From assembly GCA_002269645.1 (NCBI GenBank), contig NIVC01002282.1, positions 62,001 to 126,000 of the forward strand: 64,000 nucleotides of DNA, read 5' to 3'. The notes under the pieces were generated by a model, which made no database searches, had not been told where the DNA came from, and saw only the letters and a program-made list of their open reading frames with translations. Below are positions 14,995 to 26,796 of the stretch, in pieces. The translations under genes were made by a program, and so were the position numbers. The stretch's first letter is position 1; each line of letters begins with the position of its first letter. Source of the DNA: Macrostomum lignano. Lineage: Eukaryota.

Positions 14995-15325
14995 GGGATC
15001 GTGAATGAGGGATCGTGAATGAGGGATCGTGAATGAGGGATCGTGAAGCAAGGATCGTGAATGAGGGATCGTGAATGAGGGATCGTGAATGAGGGATCGT
15101 GAATGAGGGATCGTGAATGAGGGATCGTGAAGCAGGGATCGTGAATGAGGGATCGTGAATGAGGGATCGTGAATGAGGGATCGTGAATGAGGGATCGTGA
15201 AGGAAGAATCGTGAATGAGGGATTGTGAATGAGGGATCGTGAATGAGGGATTGTGAATGAGGGATTGTGAATGAGGGATCGTGAAGCAGGGATCGTGAAT
15301 GAGGGATCGTGAATGAGGGATCGTG
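14995..15325. repeat. 15-bp minisatellite GGGATCGTGAATGAG
   Basis: Tandem copies. Confidence 0.95.
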
Positions 15326-16088
15326 AAGGAGGAATTGGTTAGCTCACAGCCCCTGAGTCTAGTGCAGCCATCAGTCCCAGCTGGGCAGACCCATTCCTTC
15401 CCTTCCTGTCCGCGGCTGCTGCCCCTGCAGACTCAGCCGCATTCTGGCAGGCCTCACAAGCATCCTTGGCGCTGGCTTTTGTGGGGCCTCATCAACTTAT
15501 TGATTCCACATCTCCTCATTCTATAACCATAAAAGGAGCGAGTGAGAGCGTAGGAGAGAGAAAGACTCTCACAAGGTCGGGATGACAGAAAACCTACTGG
15601 AACTGCGTACGGAAGTCTGCTCTCTTCTAGAAGAAGAGCGACAATTGCAAGTCTCTTAAGACAAGAAATTCCATGTCGGTGCAGAGTAACCGGGGGAAAC
15701 CAAAGCATCGATTGATAATGGAGCAGGTAGTTTCAATGCTGCAACCAAAAACCCCAGTTTATTGTCCCTGCATTTTCCTTTTGTCTTTTTTACAGGATAA
15801 ATTGGTGCATTGTTACTACTTAAGCTACTGATAGCAAGTAGTAATTCTTTTTTTTGAAATTCTGACACTTAGTTAGAGTAGTAGTTAGAGATGACAACAA
15901 TTGCGAGAATGATTTGAGAAAAACAAATATTTAAAACAAAATAATGTTAAAGTTATCAGTAAAAGAGTTTCGACAAAATAAGAAAAATTAAAAAATCACA
16001 ATTGTTAATTTTTGTTTAATTTTATCAATGAAGTGTCTTTTTAAGGAAAATGCTTTCTAAGAAAACGTGCGCTAAAATTCAAATTCAG

Positions 16089-16322
16089 GTCGGTGGAGGC
16101 GGCAGTCGACGCGGCAGCTTTCGGGCGGTCCGACGCGGCAGCGGCGGAGGCGGCGGTGGCGGCGGAGAAGCGCCTCCCATCAACCAGAACCCGACGGTTC
16201 AACAGGCCGCAGGTGCACCATCTTCGGCTGCTCCAGCTGGTCCTGATGTCAACGAAGTTGTCACCAGGCTGCAGGCAGCCCCTGCAGCTGCTCAGAACCC
16301 TCAGCTGAGACGCCAGCAGCTT

Positions 16323-16389
<67 letters not shown>

Positions 16390-16492
16390 TGTCGCAGCCA
16401 GCTTATTCAACTGATAGAGTTGAATCGCTGACACAAATTCTCAGCGGTGGCAGCGGCGGCGCCCCGGCTAGCGATCATTTCGATCAGTACAG
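16089..16492 (+). CDS. JPH: Junctophilin exon (Gly/Ala/Gln-rich, polyQ, ends SDHFDQYR)
   Basis: ttcag|gtc acceptor, phase 0. In frame with ORF 16050-16496. DHFDQY resembles the invertebrate junctophilin DHFDHY motif. Donor gtgagc at 16493, phase 2. Confidence 0.8.
16323..16388 (+). repeat. Pure (CAG)22 coding trinucleotide repeat (polyQ)
   Basis: 66 nt of uninterrupted CAG inside the junctophilin exon. Confidence 0.95.
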
Positions 16493-16519
16493 GTGAGCGC
16501 TTTGTTTGATGGTTCATTG

Positions 16520-17165
16520 ATGGTACTTCCTAGAGATTTCTGATGGAATTCCCTGGGGATTTCCGATGGGACTTCCTGGGAATTTCCGATGGGATTTCCT
16601 GGGAAGTTCCGATGGGATTTCCTGGGGATTTCCGATGAGATTTCCTGGGGATTTCCAATGGGATTTCATGGGAATTTCCGATGGGATTTCCTGAGGATTT
16701 CCTGGGGATTTCCGATGGGATTTCCTGGAAAGTTCCGATGGGATTTCCTGGGGATTTCCGATGGGATTTCCTGGGGATTTTCGATGGGATTTCATGGGAA
16801 TTTCCGATAGGATTTCCTGGGGATTTCCGATGAGATTTCCTGGGAATTACCGATGGGGTTCCGTAAATTTTTGATGCGATTTCCTGGAGATTTCTGGTGG
16901 GATTTCCCAGGGATTTCAGAGGGGATTTCCTGAAAATTTCCGATGGGATTTCCGATGATATTTTCGATGGGGTTTCCAATGGGATTTCCGATGAGACTCC
17001 ATGTGGGTTTTCGTTGGAATTCCCTGTGGGATTTCAATTGAGATTCCCTGAAAACTACCGATGGGATTACCTGGAGATTCCCGACAGGATTTCCGACGTG
17101 ATTTCCGAAGGGATTTCCTGTTGATTTGCAACGGAGTTTTCTCAACATCCAAGAGGATTTCCGAA
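16520..17165. repeat. 10/12-bp composite repeat GGGATTTCC(T/GAT)
   Basis: Fills almost the whole junctophilin intron 16493-17249. Confidence 0.9.
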
Positions 17166-17249
17166 TGATGTCTCAATAATATCAGCGCAGTTTTTGCTGG
17201 GTTCATCGCAATTTCAACAATATGCAGATGTCTATCGTCTACCATCCAG

Positions 17250-17594
17250 AACCCTCGGCCACAACGGCGGCACCCGTCGAAAGCGGGACAGCGGCATCGG
17301 GCGCGACTCCTCTTTCGAAGAATCTACGGCCTCGCCCAACAATAGCGGCGGTGGAGGCGGCAACGCAAGCGGCAGAGGCGGTGGCGCCGGGGGCGGCGGC
17401 AGAGGCGCCGCGAACGTCGGAGGAGCGGCCGGGCCTCGGGCTGGCGACTCGGACAGCGGGCTGAGCGAAGTCAGCGGCTCCGGACAGCTGGGACGCGGCG
17501 GCCGACGCAGACGGACAATGCCCTCCCTGCTGAGCAGCCCGCCAGTGCGACCGGCCACAGTGGCGCACTCGACGCTGGAGGAGATCGCGCACAG
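17250..17594 (+). CDS. JPH: Junctophilin exon (Gly/Ser-rich divergent region)
   Basis: ccatccag|a acceptor gives the required phase 2. ORF 17194-17598 frame (RKRDSGIGRDSSFEES...LEEIAH). Donor gtgaga at 17595, phase 2. Confidence 0.75.
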
Positions 17595-17625
17595 GTGAGA
17601 CTGGCGTCCACCGACACATGTCGAT

Positions 17626-18195
17626 GGTCGATTGTGGATTGTAGATTGTGGATTGTGGATTGTGGATTGCCGATTGTCGATTGTGGATTGTGGATTGCCG
17701 ATTGTCGATTGTGGATTGGGGATTGTGGATTGTGGATTGTAGATTGTGGATTGTGGATTGTGGATTGTGGATTGTGGATTGCCGATTGTCGATTGTGGAT
17801 TGTGGATTGTGGATTGTAGATTGTAGATAGTAGATTGTGGATTGTGGATTGTGGATTGTGGATTGTGGATTGTGGATTGTGGATTGTGGATTGTGGATTG
17901 TAGATTGTAGATAGTAGATTGTGGATTGTGGATTGTGGATTGTGGATTGTGGATTGTGGATTGTGGATTGTGGATTGTGGATTGTGGATTGTGGATTGTG
18001 GATTGTAGATTGTAGATAGTAGATTGTGGATTGTGGATTGTGGATTGTGGATTGTGGATTGTGGATTGTGGATTGTGGATTGTAGATTGTAGATTGTGGA
18101 TTGTGGATTGTGGATTGTGGATTGTGGATTGTAGATTGTGGATTTTGCATTGTGGATTGCGGATATTATGGATTGTTGATTGTTTATTGTGGATT
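17626..18195. repeat. 7-bp repeat (GATTGTG)n
   Basis: Starts about 30 nt after the splice donor at 17595. Confidence 0.97.
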
Positions 18196-18348
18196 TCTGC
18201 TTGAAGCTTTATATCGCAGAATTTTTGTCACTAATTATTTTTGCATGCTCAATAGTCAGTTTGTTGATGCTGATTTTTAAATGTTTATTTTTGATTCTTG
18301 ATTCTCAATGATGACTATTTTAATTGTTAAAAATTCTTAGTCTTGCAG

Positions 18349-18772
18349 CCGGAAACTTACTAAAGAGGTTCCGCACGCCCCTATAAATTGCAGCGCGGAG
18401 AACCTCAAGAACTCCACATTCATCATTGAGAACGGCATTCGCAAGCGAGTGCACGCTGAGTCGCGGCCCTGTCTGGTGACCGACCCGGCCTCCAAGCTGA
18501 CGCGTGCCTGTGCGTCAACGACGCCCGCTGATCCTGAGCGCCTGGCGCCGCTGCCGAGGCACTACCGGATCGAGTCGCAGGCAAAGCTGGCAAAGGATCT
18601 CGGCGAAGGCAGCCTGCCAGACGTCAGCGTGTGCCGGCATATCCGACGCCATGGCGGAGTGATGTCGCGCGACGAGGTCGCCCGACTGAGCGAGGCTCGC
18701 CGACTCGAACTTCTGCGGTTGGAGGAGCGGCGCAGACAGGGCGAAATCGTCATCCGAATGGCCGATCTTAAG
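18349..18772 (+). CDS. JPH: Junctophilin exon (pre-transmembrane region)
   Basis: tcttgcag|c acceptor. Reads RKLTKEVPHAPINCSAENLKNSTFIIENGIRKRVHAE...RRQGEIVIRMADLK, with invertebrate junctophilin-like IENG.RKRV and GEIVIR motifs. Donor gtcagc at 18773, phase 0. Confidence 0.85.
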
Positions 18773-18984
18773 GTCAGCAGACTGTTAGAGAGGGGCGTGA
18801 GCGGTTGATGCATTATTTGGAGGCTAAATAATGTACAATACAATCACTCACTAGAACCCCCACTGCCCCATTCAAACCAATGTACTTTCGCCAGTAGAAA
18901 GGAGGCAAAGTTGCAGTGCCAAGCTGATACGAAATAAAAAGCGGGGTTAGAGAGGAGCGTGAGCTGGGTGCTTTCTGTAGGTTA

Positions 18985-19975
18985 GAATTTGTTTGGCGCA
19001 AATTACGCAGATGGAATGAGGTGGGTGCGCTTTCTAGGGGGGGAGAGAGTTAGATTGGCGCAAAGTACGCAGATGGAGTGAGGTGGGTGCGCTTTCTATG
19101 GGAAAGAGTTAGTTTGGCGCAAAGTACGCAGATGGAGCGAGGTGGGTGTGCTTTCTAGGGGGAGAGAGTTAGTTTGGCGCAAAGTACGCAGATGGAGTGA
19201 GGTGGGTGTGCTTTCCAAGGGGGAGAGTTAGTTTGGCGCAAAGTACGCAGATGGAGTGAGGTGGGTGTGCTTTCCAGGGGGAGAGAATTAGATTGGCGCA
19301 AAGTACGCAGATGGAGTGAGGTGGGTGCGCTTTCTATGGGAAAGAGTTAGTTTGGCGCAAAGTACGCAGATGAAGTGAGGTGGGTGTGCTTTCTAGGGGG
19401 AGAGAATTAGATTGGCGCAAAGTACGCAGATGGAGTGAGGTGGGTGCGCTTTCTATGGGAAAGAGTTAGTTTGGCGCAAAGTACGCAGATGGAGTGAGGT
19501 GGGTGTGCTTTCTAGGGGGAGAGAGTTAGTTTGGCGCAAAGTACGCAGATGGAGTGAGGTGGGTGTGCTTTCCAAGGGGGAGAGTTAGTTTGGCGCAAAG
19601 TACGCAGATGGAGTGAGGTGGGTGTGCTTTCTAGGGGGAGAGAATTAGATTGGCGCAAAGTACGCAGATGGAGTGAGGTGGGTGCGCTTTCTATGGGAAA
19701 GAGTTAGTTTGGCGCAAAGTACGCAGATGAAGTGAGGTGGGTGTGCTTTCTAGGGGGAGAGAATTAGATTGGCGCAAAGTACGCAGATGGAGTGAGGTGG
19801 GTGCGCTTTCTATGGGAAAGAGTTAGTTTGGCGCAAAGTACGCAGATGGAGTGAGGTGGGTGTGCTTTCTAGGGGGAGAGAGTTAGTTTGGCGCAAAGTA
19901 CGCAGATGGAGTGAGGTGGGTGTGCTTTCCAAGGGGGGAGAGTTAGTTTGGCGCAAAGTACGCAGATGGAGTGAG
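18985..19975. repeat. 59-60-bp minisatellite with higher-order structure
   Basis: Unit gttagtttggcgcaaagtacgcagatggagtgaggtgggtgtgctttctaggggagaga, about 16 copies. Confidence 0.95.
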
Positions 19976-20507
19976 TTTTTAGCAAAATTTAAATGAGCAG
20001 TTAAATCTCCATGTACGCATGTTTACCGTATTTTCTTATCTTATGCAACTGAATTTGTCGTTAGAGCTAAACTTAATGGCTTGCATCAGGCACGAAAATA
20101 CCGTTTGAAGTGTTTGATTTGAGGACAGCATGACTCTGGTCTGCTTGCCGAATACATTTTATGAACCAGCTTAAATTAAATTTCCCCAACTTTTATTTCG
20201 GGAAAATTGGAATGCAGGAGTTCAAACGACTTCCTCTGACTGATCCGCATCACGGATTTGTCACCCGGTCCAACATGCGCCGGTGCCGTCACTGCGCCGG
20301 CATTTCCGGTGGTCGATCTGGCAGAGTGGAGCCAGCCAAAGCTCGTCACCTGTGGATTGAAGCGATCAAACTGCTGGCTGCCGCCACACTGCGCACCTGT
20401 CGCATTGCAGCCGACTTTCTTAAATTGGAGGCGAAGGTTTGACCGAATTAATTTGCGGGTCTATTGAGTTTCAAAAGTTAGTCAATAAGGAAGTACAGCT
20501 ACATGTT

Positions 20508-21187
20508 ATGGTTACCTGTTAGACAGGATATAGTTACCTGTTAGACAGGATATGGTTACCTGTTAGACAGGATATGGTTGCCTGTTAGACAGGATATGGT
20601 TGCCTGTTAGATAGGATATGGTTACCTGTTAGACAGGATATGGTTGCCTGTTAGACAGGATATGGTTACCTGTTAGACAGGATATAGTTGCCTGTTAGAC
20701 AGGATATGGTTACCTGTTAGACAGGATATGGTTGCCTGTTAGACAGGATATGGTTGCCTGTTAGATAGGATATGGTTACCTGTTAGACAGGATATGGTTA
20801 CCTGTTAGACAGGATATGGTTGCCTGTTGGACAGGATATGGTTGCCTGTTAGACAGGATATAGTTGCCTGTTAGACAGGATATGGTTACCTGTTAGACAG
20901 GATATGGTTGCCTGTTAGACAGGATATGGTTGCCTGTTAGATAGGATATGGTTACCTGTTAGACAGGATATGGTTACCTGTTAGACAGGATATGGTTGCC
21001 TGTTGGACAGGATATGGTTGCCTGTTAGACAGGATATAGTTGCCTGTTAGACAGGATATGGTTACCTGTTAGACAGGATATGGTTGCCTGTTAGACAGGA
21101 TATGGTTACCTGTTAGACAGGATATGGTTGCCTGTTAGACAGGATATGGTTGCCTGTTAGACAGGATATGGTTGCCTGTTAGACAGG
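20508..21187. repeat. 22-bp minisatellite GGTT(A/G)CCTGTTAGACAGGATAT
   Basis: About 30 near-perfect copies. Confidence 0.97.
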
Positions 21188-21451
21188 GAATAATCGTAAA
21201 AAGTTTTCAGCTCAGTTATATTTTTGTCATTTTGTTATCTTGGCAAATCAGAACAATTTATTATAGCAAATTGGCATAATTAATGAGTAAATTTTTTTTA
21301 TAAGTTTGGCACGCCAAGTTCGTCCCCGTGCATGCGTTTATAATTACAGTTTGAAGTGTTTTTATTAATTTAGATTAAAATCGCGAGACGAGAATTAAAA
21401 AGACACTAATTGTTTTATAACAACCTCGCACCCCCCCCCCAACCATTGCAG

Positions 21452-21556
21452 GACTGGTGTCAGGAGCACCTGCTGCTAGTATTCGTGTTCGTCATCAATA
21501 CTGGTTTAGCCATGCTGTTTTTTAGCTTATTGACAAGTGAAAAAACTGACACCTGA
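21452..21556 (+). CDS. JPH: Junctophilin terminal exon (C-terminal transmembrane anchor)
   Basis: ccattgcag|gac acceptor, phase 0. Reads DWCQEHLLLVFVFVINTGLAMLFFSLLTSEKTDT*, matching the junctophilin tail-anchor pattern (..LN.GLA.LF..LL). Too short for the ORF track. Confidence 0.88.
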   Translation, partial: DWCQEHLLLVFVFVINTGLAMLFFSLLTSEKTDT

Positions 21557-24506
21557 TATCTAGGGGGCATCGCAGGCCCTCTGTACCCTCTCTCCCGTTA
21601 GTTCTTATTCGTGTAACAAGAGCTATACTCTGATGCCCAGTTGTTTTACATGTAGCTTGTACAGCTTAGCTATACAAGTGTGCTTTGACAACCTACACAA
21701 GTACTTACGCGACAAAGACTTATTAAAACAGCCTTTGCTGCCCTATAAGAGGTCTAAAAATGCGTTAAAATTTATAGTTCCAGGCGCAAGTCGTGAAGTT
21801 GACAATGCAATTTAAATTATCTGATTGAATTAATTACGCTTAATTTTCGTCTTGGACAAATTAGATATTGATTTTATTTTAATATCAATGCTTTTAATTC
21901 TCTGTCAAGCTGATAATTATTTCGATGATAAATATTTAGCAGAAGATCTATTTTCGTCCTGGGGTACATTAAATATTAAATATATTCGACATTGCTCTTT
22001 GCACAGTTATATATTAACGGTCCCTGCACAATGTTGTTTGGACCAAGTTGACGAAATCCATCACACCTTTCTATAATTACTTTCTGAATTGGAGCCACGT
22101 AAAATTTTAAAAATTATTGGCTATCATTGAATGGTGGCAGCGTTCTCTAAAACGGTTTTGCAAAGATTCACTGTTTAGGCTTTTGGCCATAGACTACTTC
22201 TGGTGGAGAAAATGCTGCCAAGTATAGAAAAGTACATTACAGGGACAGGAACGGCTGAAGATTCGGCGGAACTTTATTATTAGTGATCGAAATGTCACTT
22301 CACGGCAATGACCGCCTGTTTCAGCCATAGACATTTCAATCAATGCGGCTAATATGATATGACGACGCACACTCGTGACCTTGGCTAAAACTAGCTGAAA
22401 TGCTCGCTTCATACTAGCCTTCCTTTTACTTGCCCCCGTCTCCGCGGAAAGCATTTCATGAAAACCTCAGCTTGAAAAATGAATCGAATTCAGCTCGGAC
22501 AAAACACAGACAGCAGCTAGCACGCCCTCGAAATTCCTGTTAAAGTGTACCTGAGAAATGCCTGTGGTTGATTTAGAGACTCATTTCGAGGTTTCTGAAA
22601 GACGTACATGTACAGTACCCAGTCAATGCTGAGAACGAGCACATCTTGTGCATACATGCACATGCCATCTTCAGCGAGTAATTTAAGGTTCCTAATAGCG
22701 TACATGTATTACAGTTGATAACAATTTCTCTTACACGTATGTAGATGTCCCTTTAAAGTCGTTTCCTCCCATGTTGCAGCAGCATATATAACTACATGTA
22801 CACATACATGTCTACATGCAGTTCCAGATCATATTATCATCAGTACATAATTGAATATGAAACATATACATCGATTACATCCAAAGGGAATTAATATAAG
22901 CGTCGCCTGAACGCCAACCAACGCCCTCTCATGACGGCCCGCGTTGGAGCGCCGCCCCTCATGAGCGCTACTCTACGCCGGCGCCGTCGACCATGCAGAT
23001 ACAGCTGGGCCACTGCCTCCGATCCGAACCTCTTGGCTGTGCTGAATGCATGTGCATCGACTGAACTGCAGTGCCGTTGCCTAGGCTTGGTATTCTGACT
23101 GAGTGCCTCATTGCCGACTTGCTTGCAGCTAGGCGCTTCCGCTGGCCCCTAATAAATAAACTATTGTTCAAAAGCTTCTAAAAAGTATCATTAATTTAAA
23201 AAATTGATATTTTACGTAAACTATAAAAGCGACGGCTTCTGCCAGTCTCTCCTGCCTGTATAGATGTACGAGCGCGTACAGTGAGGGCTGAATAAGCGCG
23301 CAAAAACCACAGTGACTTTACCGCGGAGGCAATTTTTACGACTATCCGGCACAAGTCATGAAGCTGATGGTCCAGCTGTCCAGCACAAAGTCAGGAAGCT
23401 TTATTTTCTCTATATTTATTTTTCACAAAGTTAAAATGTTTAGACTCAAAATGTTAAAATGTTCCGATTTAAAATGGTAAAATTTTCAGTAGCTATGAAT
23501 ATAGAACCACATGTTATGCAAGTCTGAGGCCGGGTTTTGATGGTCTGTCGCTGGCTGCAGCTGGTATAGTACAATGCCGGCTGCAGCTGGTAGTCCGGCA
23601 CTGGCTGCAGCTGATGGTCCGGCACTGGCTGCTCAGAGGCCGGGCGAACTGTGTCCACCACCTTCTCGGTAACGTGTGACACAAGTGTCAGAAACTCGAC
23701 AGGGCTTGGATAAGGCGCAGCCGCAATTTTCTTGTGCGTCAAACAGTCTCTTCGACTGCAGCAGCGACTTGTGTTTAAGTCGCCGAACTTTGCGCACTCC
23801 CTCCGACCTTTAGTAAGTCTTGCCCGTGTGTTTTAATTGCTTTCATGAGGCAGTCAAGGTAGACCCACAATTAAATTTGGGTGTGCGGTCTTTATCAGTC
23901 GTGACAGCCACATGTAGGCCCCGGTGGTTAAGGACTCAATATCGCAGTTTGTGCGCCCGATGGACAGTATAGTAAGTTATTAACGCGGGACAGAGCGGTG
24001 TGTACTTCTCCTGACAGGCCGACCGGCAACGATTCCAGAACGTGGACAGCACTGGCGATCTCATCCCCGGGAACCAGCGGTACGGCCAGAAACTTCAGCA
24101 GCCACTGTCTTACTCTCTGCTGGTCCGAAGCACTGCGGCTGATGAACGGCTGAAGACCACATATGTCTTAAACTTGCCGCGACGACAGCCTGGCAGAAGT
24201 GAAACCAGCAGCCTCGGACTACAGCAGCCACACACACTCTTTCCCTCAGTTGTTGAGTGTTATGTCTTTGTCTTGTGATCCTGTGCTTTATATTTAATTG
24301 CTATGTCGCGTAATCTTTCACTTTTTATTCTTGCGCCGCAATACAAGTAGCTTCGTGCGGACGAGTCGCTTAGAGAGAGGAGACACGCTGGGAGAAGGCA
24401 ATAACAACTGGGTTCTAAGGTTGTAGCCATAGACATAAATGAATGGGGCAATAACAGGGAAACGCTAATACCGGTAGGCATAGTACGAGTATGAGCTATA
24501 ACTATT

Positions 24507-25209
24507 CCTTTTTACGTTCTATTTGATAAAAACTGCAACCAATTTGGCCACGGCTCAGCCTGACGCAGCCGCAGCAATTTTCCATAGACAGCCACCGCTA
24601 GCGGCAACCAATTTGGTAAAAACTGCGAGCTATTTTGCCAGCTTGAAGATAGCAGCTCAATAGCATAACAATAACGATAAAGAATGTTAACAATACATGC
24701 ACGAAGTCAGAACATTATGTCCTCAGCATTCAAGCACCGATTGAAGTACGTCTGGGAATGTTTGATCCAGCGCAGGCACTTGAGAGGCGTGAGAGGCAGT
24801 AGGTTGACCTTCGACGAATTGAACAATGGTGTCCACCATAGCCTCCGTCAGCGCCATCCTCTTCACTCCTCCTTTTGGCAGAGTGCCAACTCTACCAGTT
24901 CGTTCACACGTGGTCACGATGTTCCTCACTGTCGGTTTCTTCATCCCCATCATTCTGCCAAGCTCTCCCCAGTCGTCGCCACTCCTGTACGCTCTCACGA
25001 TTCGCTCTCGATCCAGCTGACTTATCTTTTGGTACGGCCCACGATTCGCCATCAGAGCAGCTGCTATCTTCAAGCTGGCAAAATAGCTCGCAGTTTTTAC
25101 CAAATTGGTTGCCGCTAGCGGTGGCTGTCTATGGAAAATTCTATGTCTATGGTCAGGCTAAGCCGTGGCCAAATTGGTTGCAGTTTTTATCAAATAGAAC
25201 GTAAAAAGG
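24507..25209 (-). mobile_element. Internally deleted Tc1/IS630-type DNA transposon (~700 bp, ~150-bp TIRs)
   Basis: 24507-24657 is the reverse complement of 25059-25209 apart from a short diverged segment. Internal minus-strand sequence encodes a paired-like HTH N-terminus and, in another frame, the C-terminal motif KCLRWIKHSQTYFNRCLNAEDI. The DDE core is missing. The right flank is TA but the left flank reads TT, so the TSD is imperfect. Confidence 0.85.
24723..25052 (-). pseudogene. Truncated transposase: HTH DNA-binding domain only
   Basis: ATG at 25052: MANRGPYQKISQLDRERIVRAYRSGDDWGELGRMMGMKKPTVRNIVTTCERTGRVGTLPKGG..., a Tc1/paired-type HTH with a GRPR-like (KGG.KR) linker. Fused out of frame to the C-terminal remnant. 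Confidence 0.75.
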
Positions 25210-26796
25210 TATATTAAGTGAATTTACAATGCACTTCATTGTGCATCTTCAATGTACATGTAGTTCGCATTACATTGGATTGACTGCTTTATACTACCTA
25301 GCCTTCGTAACATAATATAAGCTAGCCTCATTGGCTAAGATTGCGGTTCCACCCCCACCCAACCACACCCAGCGAGAACTGCACTGACTTTATGGGAGAG
25401 AATACGCCTATGTCATATTATGCTAACTGCAGCATGTAGCTGCAGCAATTCAGATTGATGCGTCTAGAATTTGCGCGTGCCAGTTCGCGCTGGTGTCGCT
25501 GAGAGCAGTTAAAAATGCGCGTTTAATCATGCGTCCCTATATATACACGTATAGCACTGACGCTGATCCTGTTGAGTGTATGTATATAGGGATATTAAGA
25601 TTAAGATTAAGATTAGGCGTTGCTAATACATTAATATATTAACGCTTCTAAGCCGGCAGAATTTTTAAATGGTAAAGCAAAACTGAAAATACAACTTTAG
25701 ACTGTGCATTTTTTCTGCAAAAATACTTGAGAAAATAGTATTTAACTTTAATTTGCCTGTAGGTTGTGTATAAATTTCAATTTTAGGCCTCAGCGGCAAT
25801 ATATTTAAAGTGAAAAACCCATGTGACAGGTAAAGAATTGTTAGAGCTCAACCAGCTGCCGAGCTTGTGGTACAGCGGGCTGATCAGCAGGCACTGGCGC
25901 GCATCCCTGAAAACGCAACGCAACGTGATTTGGGCTCTGTGCTGTGCTGTACAGTACAGTTGTAGATTAGCATCACTCACTCGAGGCGATAAGACTGCAG
26001 ACCATAGAAAACCATGCCTGACAGCTGACACCCGATATTTTAGATAGTGATTTTTATGTATCAATTGAATCTCAGCACTTTTAGATAATAAGAGTCCACT
26101 GGCATCTGATGATGATGGAACCTGCTGGCTTTGATAACTATTTGGTTTTTCTTTGTAGTACTAGTTGACCTTGTCTTTGGTTTGCTATTTGGAGCACATT
26201 TTGATTTTGCCAATTTGCCTGTAGGCACCACCTTATTTGGTGGCATTTTGTTGACAATCAATCAATGAATTACTAGAATTAGTTGATAATGATGATACCA
26301 ATAGGTCCTGATAGGTCTGAAGAAGGCTCTTTTTTAATAGTCAATAATATAATTCTTTGAAGTTTGAGTCAAAAAAGGTCTTATTTGTTGACATTAGGCT
26401 AATTAAATCAACTATTGATAATCCTAGGGCTGAATTTTATTGAAACCTAGTCAAGCAAGAAAAAAAAATTATAATAGCAATTATGTCCAAAAGAAGACCA
26501 GTTGTTTGATAAGCAGAAAGCAGATTAATATTATTGGTAATGGTAGTTGACCAAAAAATAATATTGTCTTGATAATTCACAGTAGAATAGGCAACAATGA
26601 ATATACTTGACTTCACTATAATGCTCAGATCTAGCTGCTCTTTGCTGGTGTGGTCGCCAATGTAAAATAGGCCCTAAACTTCTTGAAGTCAAACAATTCA
26701 AAAAGAATATTCGTTGTGATGACAGATGGATGAATGAATGCGTCCTTGCTTGGTGGGTGCAATGCGCCTTAATTTAATTCATATTTATTTGTATAA

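Noticed and set aside
16520-17165. Dozens of NF-kB-like GGG(A/G)ATTTCC sites
   Set aside because: Simply the repeat unit; nothing in the sequence supports a regulatory role, and the presence of NF-kB in this organism is unknown.
23905-24410. Possible solo LTR (TGTAGG...AATAACA) or hammerhead-bearing Penelope-like repeat (ctgatgaacggctgaagac)
   Set aside because: No matching TSD, no second copy in the window, and no GAAA plus stem pairing completing a hammerhead core.
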